Below, in pieces: positions 1-11,472 of a stretch of DNA of 64,000 nucleotides; the first letter of the stretch is position 1; every line of letters begins with the position of its first letter. The position numbers and the translations under genes were made by a program. The notes beneath the pieces were generated by a model. It was not told the DNA's origin, did no database searches, and worked only from the letters and a program-made list of their open reading frames with translations. The stretch covers positions 62,001 through 126,000 of the forward strand of contig OZ037843.1 of NCBI GenBank assembly GCA_964035575.1, given 5' to 3'. This stretch comes from Rhynchopus sp. YZ270_cl-10 (Eukaryota).

Positions 1-661
1 TGCACTCCCCTTGGCTGAGTGGGGTGAATGCAGCCTGGAGCCAGGTCTGCGCCATCCACACATCGAAGTCCAGCAACAACCTGTCGCTCAGACATTCCCC
101 CAGCAACCGTGGCAAGATGCCACAAGATATCAGAACCCAAGGCCACGACGGCTGAGATGCTGCCGAAAAATCAGACTTGCAAACCTGGGGCACCGTTGTC
201 GTCTCCGTTGCCGCCATCTTCCCTGCACACTCGATAAACTGCGGTGAGGCCTTGATGCCTTTCCACTCTTTCCTTAGCTGAGCGAGGGCAGCCTCAAACC
301 TCTCGTCAAACTTTTGCATCTCAGCCTCGGCCACATCCCCGATCGCCACTGTTTGACACCCACACCAGTCACTGCCGTGCTCCAGACGACCTACACTAAC
401 TACCTCCAGAGAGCAGACATCATCCACATCACTCCTACTGCACAACAGCACACACCCATGCTGGTCGTATTGTTGTTTGATGTTGATCGTCACCCCGTCT
501 TCGCGCACATGGTTCTCCCCTACAAGCGTAGCCACAGCGCCTTTTGCACGATCGGAGTCCTCTCCTAGCGTTGCACACTGCGACACAAAACCCTTCAATA
601 GACATGTCAACGAAGAGAACGACTCTTCCTTGTACACACGGCGTGTTGCGTTTGGATGCAT
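1..661 (-). CDS. 5' part of a third copy of the giant DUF3638/DUF3645 protein gene (continues off the left edge)
   Basis: Matches 10034-10694 at an offset of 10,033 bp; same ATG (MHPNATRR...). Confidence 0.85.
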   Translation of the reverse strand, partial: MHPNATRRVYKEESFSSLTCLLKGFVSQCATLGEDSDRAKGAVATLVGENHVREDGVTINIKQQYDQHGCVLLCSRSDVDDVCSLEVVSVGRLEHGSDWCGCQTVAIGDVAEAEMQKFDERFEAALAQLRKEWKGIKASPQFIECAGKMAATETTTVPQVCKSDFSAASQPSWPWVLISCGILPRLLGECLSDRLLLDFDVWMAQTWLQAAFTPLSQGEC

Positions 662-944
662 CTGGTAAGGTGGTGCGTATTTACGCCCTCAGGGGTGTGC
701 TGATGAGAGGGTTTAAGTTTAAATTGTTTGTTTTCTTTTTTGTGATGTTCGCTGTGTGGTGGAAACTTTTTATTTTTTGTGTGGGGTGGGGTGGGAGGAT
801 TGTACGGTCGAAGAGTTACGGAACTTCAGAACTTCGGGTGATTTAAAAGGAGGAGGCTTTTTTTGGGAATTACTGGTAGAGTGGCAGTATCTCGCTTTTT
901 CACACGCTATGACTGCACCAAGTGTGGGTCACCTAACAAGTTAA

Positions 945-1439
945 AGGGGGGGTGGGATAATTGTAGTGGGGGATAACTGTAGAATGGCGGATAAAAATTG
1001 AAACCGCACCCTACTTTTCCTTTTTATGTTTTTCCCCTACCCCCGAAAACAATAAAGCAATAAAAACAATAAAGACAAAAGGGAGAGGTTGGTGAAACGC
1101 ACACACCTCGACCTGTCGGTGAAATGTGGCTCTACTCCAACCCGCCCCGGATTAGAAAAATGGAAAAAAGGATGGGAGTAGGGTACGATATTCAATTTCC
1201 TTTTAGCATTGCATGTAATCATAAAAAATATCGCCAGTTCTTCTCAAACAATGGGGGATAGTTGTAGTGGGGGATAAAAAAAAAAATATCTCTCTTTTTT
1301 CCCACCTGAATATCCCCATCCCCAAGGAAAATCCACACCAAAAACGCGGTGTGGGAAATGGGGGATAACTGTAGTGCCATTGTAGTGGGGGAAAAAATAA
1401 AATAAAACGGGGGGATAATTGTTTTATCCCCCCCCCCCT
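945..1439. mobile_element. Non-autonomous DNA transposon with TTAA target duplication (Kolobok-like ends)
   Basis: TTAA|AGGGGGGGTGGGATAA ... TTATCCCCCCCCCCCT|TTAA; internal repeats of TGTAGTGGGGGATAA. Confidence 0.6.
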
Positions 1440-1879
1440 TTAATGCAAGGCACAAAAAAAAAAGGGAGTAAAACGAGTGAACAAGTCTGTGGTGGGTGTG
1501 GTACGGTGACAGATTTGGAGTGGGTCACGCCTGAACTGTGTGGATGCCTTGTGAGGGTAATTCTGTGCACCCTTTCGGTGCGGTATGCCACTTTATTCTC
1601 ACAATAGGCTCTATGCGCCTTTCCTTCCTACGCGGAACCCCCTACCCCCTACCTGTTGTGTTACATGGCGAGGTTCCACATGGCGGGACAGTCCCTTCCT
1701 TCCTCTTGCGGTACAGCCCTCACAGTCTGAAAAGAACCCAAGAAAGATCATGATGATGACGACAGCACAACGAGAAAAATAAAATCGATACCGCACTCCT
1801 ACTTCTCCCGCAAACAATAAAACATACATTCATATACATACTATTTATAACACAAACAGTAAGCACTAAAGGGAATAAA

Positions 1880-2390
1880 ACAAATAAAAACGATAAAGAC
1901 AAAAGGGAGAGGTTGTGGTGCAACACACACACTGATGATGATGATAGCACAACGAGAAAAAAACGCTTCGTTTGTACTGAGAATACCGAATAAAAGAAAC
2001 GGCGTTTTTAAAAACCAAAAAGCGAATAGGCGGGTTGAACGTTATTGACACTGTGTGCCCACAACGCCTTCCTTGTTGCTGCCTCGTACTGCGGTTACTT
2101 GTTGGTCTACGCAACGGGGTTACACATGGGGACAGCAGCCCTGAATCTTTGACACAAGAGGATTACACAGACAGCACATACCTCCCCTCACGACACTGGC
2201 AGGCGTGCCCTTGATAAAAAAGGGGGCACTCCTATAGTATAGTATACTATTCCTGTCTTTCCGGCAAACAATAAAACAATAAAGACAAAAGGGAGAGGTT
2301 GTGGTGCAACACACACACTGATGATGATGATAGCACAACGAGAAAAAACGCTTCGTTTGTACTGAGAATACCGAATAAAAGAAACGGTGG
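1880..2390 (+). repeat. ~120-bp direct repeat in the intergenic region
   Basis: ATAAAGACAAAAGGGAGAGGTTGTGGTGCAACACACACACTGATGATGATGATAGCACAACGAG...AAGAAACGG at ~1893 and ~2279; shorter variants at ~1070 and ~33387. Confidence 0.8.
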
Positions 2391-2675
2391 TTTTTTTGTT
2401 TTCTTCGTTTTTGTTTTTTTGAAAAGTTGAAAAGATAGTTCAAGAAAAAGAGCTGAAAAGTTGTATACAAAGCATACAAAAGGCTTGAGTGAAGAGTACG
2501 ACTGAAAGATCGAAAATGAAAAAAGCAGTAGAGCGAGTTGCTTATACGCCCTTGCCTGGAAGATATATGCTCACACGATTTTTGCATATGTACACGAAAA
2601 TTTGACACAAAACAAGAGCGACACATTGTTTGTCTCGTTTTTTTTTTACAAAACATATTTCTTTTACCTGGAAGG

Positions 2676-5600
2676 TCATGCCACCCGTTCCGCTGTCTTC
2701 TGCAGTTGCGAGTAGTGGTAGTGAGACGACGTCCCCTTGCCTGCTACCAGCCGCAGGACAAAAGTGTTGTTCGGCGTCACGATACTGTCGAGCGCTTCAA
2801 GCTCAGGGCCGCTGCTGTAGCCGTTGCAGATGCCGTTCAGAAGCTTCAGCGCGGTTGTTTCTAAGTTCGTTTCTCGTGTCTCGACCCCCAGCGTGTCGTC
2901 CACACCGCAATTCTCCAGCTTGCCCTCCTCACCTGCTGCACCCCCGTGGCGTCGTTCTTCCTCGAGCATCGCTGCCAACACACCGTCCGCCTCTCTGTCA
3001 CTCAGGAGCAGCATGTGGCCTGTCGGAAACGTCAGCACTGCGTCAACCAACCGAAGCGTGCGCAACGCTGTCTCTTCGTTGTTCGCGCACACTGTGTTCT
3101 TCCAGTTCGACGTGGCACACAGCTTTGCTGACCCCCAGCGAAGGGTTGCTCCCGGAAATGCTGAGTCCCATATATCCTGAAGGGTGGACACAGTAACAAC
3201 GTTCCACGGCAGCGTGGCGCAAAACGCCTGCCAGGAGGACGCTGTGGCAGCCAGGCGGTAGTCCCACACCTTCTCTGCTAGGGGCTTCATGCTCTCGCGC
3301 TCGACCTCCTGTTCGTTCTCCTGCTCCTGCTGTGCCTCCTTCTCCTTCTCGCATTCGCGGTCAGACACAGTTGACTTCACCTTCAGGCCTGACCCCAAGT
3401 CTTTGCAGCACCGCAGGATCACCTCACACTCCTTCCCGTATTCACCCACTTTGGTGTTCCGCAGCTGCTCCTGCACGAGTGGCTCCAAATCCGTCTCAAC
3501 CAGAGGGTGGGTGTACTTGCTGAGGGGTTGCTGGTCGTCAGCCTGGATGGCACGAGGGTTGTTCTTACATTCGTAGTGGAACACGCCGTTGTCGGCCCAC
3601 TGCGACAGGCCACGTTCCCTCTCCGCTCCTGTGTTCTCGATGACCCAGCCCAGCACCTCTTCGATCGACGGTGTGCTCTGAGATATCTGTCCCCTGACGT
3701 CCTCAGGACACAGCAACATGAGGCCCTGTTGCTGAGGTCCAAGCTGTCTCATGCGGCCTGCACCCTGCATCAGCATGTCCTTGCGGAGGTTGCGCCCAAG
3801 AGTGACAGCACCCACACAGTCTTGTGCAAGCTTCAGGTCGGATCCCCTGCAACGTGCGTTGTCGAAGATGGCGAAGAAAACGTCGTCGGTCAGTGCGCAT
3901 TCGTGTCGGATGCTGACGAGGTTTGTGTCTGTGTACATCACCTTCCAGCCTTCCTCGCTGGCTTCGGTTTCGAAGTACATAACACCTCGTTTCCCTAGGA
4001 GTTTGAAGGACGCTTGCCGCAGCACAAAGGCAGCAGCTTCCTTCGGCGGCATTCCTGCCAACAGACTGCCTGTGTCAATCAGCGCTCCTGCCTTGCCCGT
4101 CACTGCAGCCAACAGAGCTGCTTCCCCTGTGCTCCTGCCCGCCACGTGCCCTATCATGTGCACGGTGCTGCGCATCAGGTGGCTCAGCATCAGTCCGTTG
4201 GTCGCCTTCAGCTCCTCCACATCGGGTTCCCGCTGTGTCACGTAGCTAGGTAGCAGTTGGTGGTTGTCGTTCGTGCCGGAGAAGCCGACGGAACGGCGGT
4301 CAGGAAGGTCCCAGGCAGACATGGACAGCTTCTCGGGATAGGCCACAACCTCTGACGGGAGCACGATCTGTGTCATCCAGAAGTTGATGACAGGCATGCT
4401 GTACTGGTATGTACTGTGCAGAAGAGCGTGCTGCTCGCGGTTGGTGGGGTCGAGCTTGCGCACGCAGTCGATGCTGGAGAAGTCAGACGGCTGCGACGCC
4501 ACAGACGCAAACCAGCTTTTGTAGTAATAATTCTGCGCACCGTCGCTCAGTTCGAGCAGCTTGCCCACCGCCTCACCCACCTGCGTGGTGTTCAGCCCAT
4601 CGTAGTAGTGCGCCAGCATCGTGTGCAGCACCATCACGTCAGGGTGACTGAACTCAGAACGTTCTGTCGGCACGTCTGCCGCCTTGAACGGCACAGCAAG
4701 GTTGATCTTCCTCTTCTCATACGCGACACCGTACTCCACTCTGTGCCGCTTTGTCAGACAATGCGCCAGCAACTCGTGCGCAAACAACCCACGGAGACAC
4801 ATCAGCTGCAGCCGTTGGTGCTCCAGCAGGGCGAAACGCATGTCAGCCCCCTTCGACCCATTCAGCACGCTGTCCTTAACCATCGCAAGCGCCTCTGCAC
4901 TGTAGTCCTTTAACCAACGAAGGCACCACGGTGCACCGTGTTGCTTGATCTCCTCGCAGAGGAGGTCAAGCACCACACGGTTCAGCTGTGCTACGTTCGC
5001 ATCGTGCGTGGACCGCCCATCCACCAGTCTGAAGCCTTGGAACCGGTCGATGCCTTCTCTCACCTCGATGACTGCTGCGATGTTGTCGAGCGTCTTCCCC
5101 CGCCTGTTCAGTGCTGTCAGCACGGCAGCTGCCACTTCGTACCGTATGGCGCCGTCCACCAAGCTGTCGCCCTTGCCCACTGCGTACACAAGCTGGTATC
5201 TGTGATGGAGCAGCTCGTCGCTCTCGTCCAGGATCAGTGTTCCTGTCTTGTCCATTGTCTGCAGATGTCTCAGAAGCTTCGCTTCTGCGGGTTTGTCGTG
5301 CATGGCCAGCTCGTGTCGTTTCAGACAGAGGCTGAGCTTGTACTCTGGCACTGAAAGCACCACACCCCCCGCACGTTGCGCTTCCCTCCACTCACCTTCA
5401 AGAGCTGGCACATCAAGTTCGATGTTTCGGTGGAACGGCAGCATGTACACCCGCAGGTTCCGTGTGCTTGCCGTCAGGGTGTTAGACAGGAACCCCTGTC
5501 CTTCCTTCAGCAGCGAACGTAGGAACACAATCTGCGGCAGGATCTTCTCAGCTTTTTTTGCATCCAGGCGGGTCAGCTCCAGCAGCAGCATCGGGAGGAT

Positions 5601-8600
5601 GACTCGTGTCTTCCCCAGCCCCATGTTGAGCTGTGAGATCGAACCAGGGTGGTGCAGAAGGTGCTTAGCGAGGTCATATTGGTGTGGGCGGATCTGCAGC
5701 GAGCCTTCTGCCTCGAACACCAGCCAGTGCGGGTGCTCGTCTCCGTCCCAATCTCTCACGCACCGAAGCTCCTGCACTATCTTGGCGCGGGTGTTGTCGC
5801 CTTGCACCAGCCGCAGGATCCTTTCGAGTTTGTCCTCCAGCACGCACAACTCCAGCAGACGGCGTGCATCGTTTTGCAAGATGACACGCTGCTGGTATGT
5901 CAAAAACGGATTCAATTCGTGCGAAGGCGAGAATTCCACAGTGCCCGCCAACAGAGCCATATCCCTGAAGGTGACGGTGGGCACTCCATTCACGCAGTGC
6001 AGCAACTCGAACGACGCTGAGTGCCTCTTCGCCTGCTCGGTGGTACAGTCCGTGATGCGCTCCTGCAGGCCTGCACGCTTGGCTGACACCTCCTCCTTCA
6101 GGGAGGTCACGTACCCACTCAGAAACTCCGGTGAGGGCACATCATAGCTTGCAGTGCGGTGGTGGCGCTCCCAACTGTCCTTCAGCTCAGCACACAATCC
6201 GGGGTAGTTTGGACACGTGAACGGAAAGGAGGGTGGGACGAAGCCGGGCTCCTGTTCCGTTGCCTTCAAAATCCTGCGCAGGCCCAACTCCACCTTCTTC
6301 ACGTGCTCTTTGATGTCTCCCGGGTACTCTTCCAGTGTGCACTCGTGGTCGTTCCGGATTTTCAGGTCAACCGCTTTGCGGTCCATTGGGGATGAGTGCA
6401 GCTCCCACGTGGAGAGTGCATGCCGCCAGTTCCTCCCAGGTGCTCTGCCGTATTCAGTTCGTGCCTCCTGCAGTCGTGTCGTCGAGACACTACTCTCTGG
6501 CCTGTCCTTCTCCCACAGCTTGCACTGCCGGAATGACGAGCGTAACAGGTCGTGGCAAATCAGAGTCAGCACCGGCACCTCTTCGCCAAAGTCCGCCACA
6601 TTGTCCAGCAGCTGCATGTCCCCAGCACTCAAAGGCTCGTTCGACCAGCACTCCCGACACAGTTGCACTGCAAACTCCACCGCAGTCATCCCCATCCACT
6701 GCTCCACCACCAACGTCCCTGACGCCGCAAACACAGCAGCAAGGTAGAGACGCATCGTTGTTGTTGCCGCCTTCAGTTGCCTGAACCGCACACACAAGTC
6801 GTACGCAAAGCATTTGAACGTGCTCGTGCTCGCCCCATCCATGGCAACCCATGCACCTTCTTCATCCTGCACAATCGTCCCGCACGGAATCAACACCCTA
6901 GTGCTGCCTGCCGTCCCCTCTAACACGAGGTAGTTTTGGAAAAAGAGGGGAACACACCCGTGCTGCTGCTCGCTGCTCAGTCGCATGTTGGGGTGCTGTT
7001 CGGAGCGCACGGTGTCTCCCTCCACCCACCACGACAGCCGGAGGCGAGGAAGCCGCACCCACAGCACCTCATTCTTGTCCACAACTGCATGCATGTGAAC
7101 GTGCTCCTCGACCCTCTCGAAGAGCGGGACCAAGGAGAGCGGCGCTGCCACGAATCTGCTGAGGTGGCCCTCAGAGAGCAGAGAGAGGATGTGCTTGTAC
7201 GGCTGGTCCATCTCTGCAGCTGGCACCTCGTGGACGACAGCGTGCTCCGGTGCTCCTGTCGCAGAGAGCGTGTACGTCATCAAGTACTGCACCCTCTTGT
7301 TGAGGTACGACTCCTCCCTGAACCACAGCGTCTGTCGTGTTGCGTCGTGCCAGTGGGTGTGCAGGTCGACGAGCATCTTCGGCAGGTTCGCCACACTCCA
7401 CTCCGCCTCCTGCAAGTTCACAAGCTCTGATTTGCTGTCCTCTCCATCTTCCTCCCGAATCTCGAAGATCCGCACCCTGCCGGTGCGGCTGCAAATGCAG
7501 AAGTCGTAGTGGCAGTTTGTTTCGTCCCGCTTCAGTGTATTAAACGTGGCACCGGACGCGCTCTTGCTCACTTCGAAGTTCCGCGTCTCGCCAAAGCTCC
7601 TTTTGTACAAGGCACACTGCGTCACCTCGTCAGGCAGGCCGCAAGGAGGGTATCCGTTCAGCAGCACAGCCCCCTTTAGCAGGTTCACAGAGTAGTGGTT
7701 GTCCTCTGCTACGGCTTCAAAGCAGCACGTCGCCGTTCCTGTCGACGCGTCAAACAGGTTTTTCCAGCCGGCAACATGTTCCGGCATCCTGCCGAAGATC
7801 TTCCGCAGCCCTGGAGTGATCACTGTGTCAGGGTCCGCCTGTGCGTGAATCATCACATCGCTCAGCCTATGTGCTGCAACCCGTCGCACAGTCGCCAATG
7901 ACTCCGGATGCTCCTCGTCCGACCTGGCGAGGCACTGACGGAACCTGAAGAGCTCCTCCACAAGCAGAGCCGCGTCTGCAGCAGTCAGCTTCGGGACAAG
8001 AAAGCAGCGTATGGCGTACGCAGTCATCACAGCCTCCTTGTCCTTGTCGCCCACCTCCTGCACATCCTCAAACCCGCAAACCTCTCTCCACCTGGCTGCC
8101 ACCCCCCTCCACAGAAACGGAAGCCTCTGACCGCGCGGATCCGAGGAGAACTGGCTGATGAAGCAAGACAGGTCTGCCAGCACTGGGAACCCCTTGTGAT
8201 CCCGAGGGCACTCACGCACCTCCTCCGCGAGCTGTGCAAAGGCAGCGACAAGCTTTTCGACGAGAGGATCAGAAGTGCGGAACAGGTCTTCAGCTGCTTT
8301 GAAGGGATCACCGTCTTCCTTCCTCGCAAACCCCTCTGTGAAGGCACCGAGCTGGTGCGCAGAGTGGCGCAGCAGCTCAGCCACACTCGCCTCTGCAAAC
8401 GGGAGGGAGCGCTCCGTCACAATCCTGAGGATCTTCCTCCACACCGAGGACGAGAAGGACCTCACACCTGCGAAGGCAAGGTACCCCTTCACTGTGAAGG
8501 CATGTGGCTTCAGGTGCATGGTGGCGTACCCTCTGTTCCCTGCAGTGTGCTCCTGCTCCGACGATGAGTCTTCAGGTGGGAGGAAAAAAGTCGCGAACTC

Positions 8601-10694
8601 CGGACGCAAACCCTTGACCTTGGCCTTGCTGTAGTACTCTACGGTGCTGCTCTGTAACACAGCGAAAGGGGTGTCCTGTGCCCACAGTGTCGACCCGACG
8701 TCTGGGTACCACGTTACCTGAGTAGCCGACCAGATGTCCTCAATGTCAGAAGGGCCGTAAAAGGAAAAAGGCGCGTGAATTTCCGAGGTGGGGGTAAAAT
8801 GGACATCTCTCTCGGCAGGCGATTTGAATGTTGAGCGCTTGTCGTAGTGGGTGGCCCAACTTCCGCGTGAATGCAATTGTCCCGTCGTTCCTGGGCTTCC
8901 CCTCGAAAGCATCCGCTGCGAGTTGAAGGAAAGGCACATCAGCACGTCAAGATCTTGGTCCATCAGGATGTAGAAGAGAACGGGATATGCGTGGCGTTCC
9001 CGTTCCGGCAGCGGGCACGCAATGTACTTCGGGGGCACCTTGGTGCTCTGTATAGTTTGCTCCAAATTCTGGATTCGTTTCTTTTGTGCTTTTCTTTGGG
9101 AGGAGGTGCTAGATTCAGTTGCCCTTTCGTCGTCCAGTTCTTGCCTCCAGTACACAAGCTGTTGCTTCTTCTCCTCCAGAGCCTTCATGTACTGTGCTTG
9201 CTTGGCAGCCACCTCGGCGCGCTCCGCCTTCCATCTCTGCTGGATCTCTGCAGACCCTTTTGCATACTCCCACGCAAAATCCATCGTACCTTCAGCACTC
9301 GAGCCTTGCAGCGAGAAGACACGCCGTCCGGCCTCCGACGAGAATCGTTGCAAGTACTTCGCGAGTTGCTTCACCTGGGTGCGGGTTTCCTTCTTGTCCG
9401 TCGACACGTGGCTCAGTGAGGTGTATTCCATTGCAACTCCGTAACGCGCCAGTATGGGCCACCTCTGGACACACATGTGGTGCACGACTACGTACGCCGA
9501 CACAACCACAACCATCTCGTGGCTGCGGGAAATCAGCGACGCACCCTTGACAAGCGCCTGGTATCTTTTAACAATCTCTTTGATGCTGTTTGTATCGCAC
9601 TGGAAAACCAACGCCCCACCGGCTGAGACTGTGGAGACGAGGCGTGCAAAGTACTTCTCCACACTGGCCACCGCCAGTTCAGGGAACGCCGCAGAGTTGT
9701 TATACATCCACCAGTTCAAATGTACCGCACTACAGTCGTTCACAAGCGGCATCTGTCCTATCGCTTTCGCAGCTCTGGCTGCTACATCCTCATTCGCGAC
9801 TGAATCGCTTGGCGGTGGGATGAGGGCAAGGCCAACATCAAGCACAGTGTGTGCCCCGATCTCCCCGAGTCTGCACTCTTCTGCACCCTCGTCCGCCTGT
9901 CGTTGCAGAAGAGCATCGAGGTCCCGTTTGCATGCAGACAGAGGCTCCACGACATCGGCGTCAATGTCCTTGCGGTCCTCGGTGTACAGCAGTGCACGGC
10001 TCACTGCGCTCTCCATGATCCCGACGACTTCGTTGCACTCCCCTTGGCTGAGTGGGGTGAATGCAGCCTGGAGCCAGGTCTGCGCCATCCACACATCGAA
10101 GTCCAGCAACAACCTGTCGCTCAGACATTCCCCCAGCAACCGTGGCAAGATGCCACAAGATATCAGAACCCAAGGCCACGACGGCTGAGATGCTGCCGAA
10201 AAATCAGACTTGCAAACCTGGGGCACCGTTGTCGTCTCCGTTGCCGCCATCTTCCCTGCACACTCGATAAACTGCGGTGAGGCCTTGATGCCTTTCCACT
10301 CTTTCCTTAGCTGAGCGAGGGCAGCCTCAAACCTCTCGTCAAACTTTTGCATCTCAGCCTCGGCCACATCCCCGATCGCCACTGTTTGACACCCACACCA
10401 GTCACTGCCGTGCTCCAGACGACCTACACTAACTACCTCCAGAGAGCAGACATCATCCACATCACTCCTACTGCACAACAGCACACACCCATGCTGGTCG
10501 TATTGTTGTTTGATGTTGATCGTCACCCCGTCTTCGCGCACATGGTTCTCCCCTACAAGCGTAGCCACAGCGCCTTTTGCACGATCGGAGTCCTCTCCTA
10601 GCGTTGCACACTGCGACACAAAACCCTTCAATAGACATGTCAACGAAGAGAACGACTCTTCCTTGTACACACGGCGTGTTGCGTTTGGATGCAT
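2676..10694 (-). CDS. Giant 2672-aa DUF3638/DUF3645 P-loop (SF2 helicase-like) protein, copy 1
   Basis: Long open frame. DUF3638-type motifs (HWLVFEAEGSLQIRPHQ; Walker A QLNMGLGKT; Walker B LILDESDE), DUF3645 signature LAVPFKAADVPTERSEFSHPDV, GFSGT, RGSDLKL and QGAGRMRQL. Confidence 0.92.
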   Translation of the reverse strand: MHPNATRRVYKEESFSSLTCLLKGFVSQCATLGEDSDRAKGAVATLVGENHVREDGVTINIKQQYDQHGCVLLCSRSDVDDVCSLEVVSVGRLEHGSDWCGCQTVAIGDVAEAEMQKFDERFEAALAQLRKEWKGIKASPQFIECAGKMAATETTTVPQVCKSDFSAASQPSWPWVLISCGILPRLLGECLSDRLLLDFDVWMAQTWLQAAFTPLSQGECNEVVGIMESAVSRALLYTEDRKDIDADVVEPLSACKRDLDALLQRQADEGAEECRLGEIGAHTVLDVGLALIPPPSDSVANEDVAARAAKAIGQMPLVNDCSAVHLNWWMYNNSAAFPELAVASVEKYFARLVSTVSAGGALVFQCDTNSIKEIVKRYQALVKGASLISRSHEMVVVVSAYVVVHHMCVQRWPILARYGVAMEYTSLSHVSTDKKETRTQVKQLAKYLQRFSSEAGRRVFSLQGSSAEGTMDFAWEYAKGSAEIQQRWKAERAEVAAKQAQYMKALEEKKQQLVYWRQELDDERATESSTSSQRKAQKKRIQNLEQTIQSTKVPPKYIACPLPERERHAYPVLFYILMDQDLDVLMCLSFNSQRMLSRGSPGTTGQLHSRGSWATHYDKRSTFKSPAERDVHFTPTSEIHAPFSFYGPSDIEDIWSATQVTWYPDVGSTLWAQDTPFAVLQSSTVEYYSKAKVKGLRPEFATFFLPPEDSSSEQEHTAGNRGYATMHLKPHAFTVKGYLAFAGVRSFSSSVWRKILRIVTERSLPFAEASVAELLRHSAHQLGAFTEGFARKEDGDPFKAAEDLFRTSDPLVEKLVAAFAQLAEEVRECPRDHKGFPVLADLSCFISQFSSDPRGQRLPFLWRGVAARWREVCGFEDVQEVGDKDKEAVMTAYAIRCFLVPKLTAADAALLVEELFRFRQCLARSDEEHPESLATVRRVAAHRLSDVMIHAQADPDTVITPGLRKIFGRMPEHVAGWKNLFDASTGTATCCFEAVAEDNHYSVNLLKGAVLLNGYPPCGLPDEVTQCALYKRSFGETRNFEVSKSASGATFNTLKRDETNCHYDFCICSRTGRVRIFEIREEDGEDSKSELVNLQEAEWSVANLPKMLVDLHTHWHDATRQTLWFREESYLNKRVQYLMTYTLSATGAPEHAVVHEVPAAEMDQPYKHILSLLSEGHLSRFVAAPLSLVPLFERVEEHVHMHAVVDKNEVLWVRLPRLRLSWWVEGDTVRSEQHPNMRLSSEQQHGCVPLFFQNYLVLEGTAGSTRVLIPCGTIVQDEEGAWVAMDGASTSTFKCFAYDLCVRFRQLKAATTTMRLYLAAVFAASGTLVVEQWMGMTAVEFAVQLCRECWSNEPLSAGDMQLLDNVADFGEEVPVLTLICHDLLRSSFRQCKLWEKDRPESSVSTTRLQEARTEYGRAPGRNWRHALSTWELHSSPMDRKAVDLKIRNDHECTLEEYPGDIKEHVKKVELGLRRILKATEQEPGFVPPSFPFTCPNYPGLCAELKDSWERHHRTASYDVPSPEFLSGYVTSLKEEVSAKRAGLQERITDCTTEQAKRHSASFELLHCVNGVPTVTFRDMALLAGTVEFSPSHELNPFLTYQQRVILQNDARRLLELCVLEDKLERILRLVQGDNTRAKIVQELRCVRDWDGDEHPHWLVFEAEGSLQIRPHQYDLAKHLLHHPGSISQLNMGLGKTRVILPMLLLELTRLDAKKAEKILPQIVFLRSLLKEGQGFLSNTLTASTRNLRVYMLPFHRNIELDVPALEGEWREAQRAGGVVLSVPEYKLSLCLKRHELAMHDKPAEAKLLRHLQTMDKTGTLILDESDELLHHRYQLVYAVGKGDSLVDGAIRYEVAAAVLTALNRRGKTLDNIAAVIEVREGIDRFQGFRLVDGRSTHDANVAQLNRVVLDLLCEEIKQHGAPWCLRWLKDYSAEALAMVKDSVLNGSKGADMRFALLEHQRLQLMCLRGLFAHELLAHCLTKRHRVEYGVAYEKRKINLAVPFKAADVPTERSEFSHPDVMVLHTMLAHYYDGLNTTQVGEAVGKLLELSDGAQNYYYKSWFASVASQPSDFSSIDCVRKLDPTNREQHALLHSTYQYSMPVINFWMTQIVLPSEVVAYPEKLSMSAWDLPDRRSVGFSGTNDNHQLLPSYVTQREPDVEELKATNGLMLSHLMRSTVHMIGHVAGRSTGEAALLAAVTGKAGALIDTGSLLAGMPPKEAAAFVLRQASFKLLGKRGVMYFETEASEEGWKVMYTDTNLVSIRHECALTDDVFFAIFDNARCRGSDLKLAQDCVGAVTLGRNLRKDMLMQGAGRMRQLGPQQQGLMLLCPEDVRGQISQSTPSIEEVLGWVIENTGAERERGLSQWADNGVFHYECKNNPRAIQADDQQPLSKYTHPLVETDLEPLVQEQLRNTKVGEYGKECEVILRCCKDLGSGLKVKSTVSDRECEKEKEAQQEQENEQEVERESMKPLAEKVWDYRLAATASSWQAFCATLPWNVVTVSTLQDIWDSAFPGATLRWGSAKLCATSNWKNTVCANNEETALRTLRLVDAVLTFPTGHMLLLSDREADGVLAAMLEEERRHGGAAGEEGKLENCGVDDTLGVETRETNLETTALKLLNGICNGYSSGPELEALDSIVTPNNTFVLRLVAGKGTSSHYHYSQLQKTAERVA

Positions 10695-10977
10695 CTGGTA
10701 AGGTGGTGCGTATTTACGCCCTCAGGGGTGTGCTGATGAGAGGGTTTAAGTTTAAATTGTTTGTTTTCTTTTTTGTGATGTTCGCTGTGTGGTGGAAACT
10801 TTTTATTTTTTGTGTGGGGTGGGGTGGGAGGATTGTACGGTCGAAGAGTTACGGAACTTCAGAACTTCGGGTGATTTAAAAGGAGGAGGCTTTTTTTGGG
10901 AATTACTGGTAGAGTGGCAGTATCTCGCTTTTTCACACGCTATGACTGCACCAAGTGTGGGTCACCTAACAAGTTAA

Positions 10978-11472
10978 AGGGGGGGTGGGATAATTGTAGT
11001 GGGGGATAACTGTAGAATGGCGGATAAAAATTGAAACCGCACCCTACTTTTCCTTTTTATGTTTTTCCCCTACCCCCGAAAACAATAAAGCAATAAAAAC
11101 AATAAAGACAAAAGGGAGAGGTTGGTGAAACGCACACACCTCGACCTGTCGGTGAAATGTGGCTCTACTCCAACCCGCCCCGGATTAGAAAAATGGAAAA
11201 AAGGATGGGAGTAGGGTACGATATTCAATTTCCTTTTAGCATTGCATGTAATCATAAAAAATATCGCCAGTTCTTCTCAAACAATGGGGGATAGTTGTAG
11301 TGGGGGATAAAAAAAAAAATATCTCTCTTTTTTCCCACCTGAATATCCCCATCCCCAAGGAAAATCCACACCAAAAACGCGGTGTGGGAAATGGGGGATA
11401 ACTGTAGTGCCATTGTAGTGGGGGAAAAAATAAAATAAAACGGGGGGATAATTGTTTTATCCCCCCCCCCCT
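10978..11472. mobile_element. Second copy of the TTAA-flanked element
   Basis: Same as 945-1439 at +10,033. Confidence 0.6.
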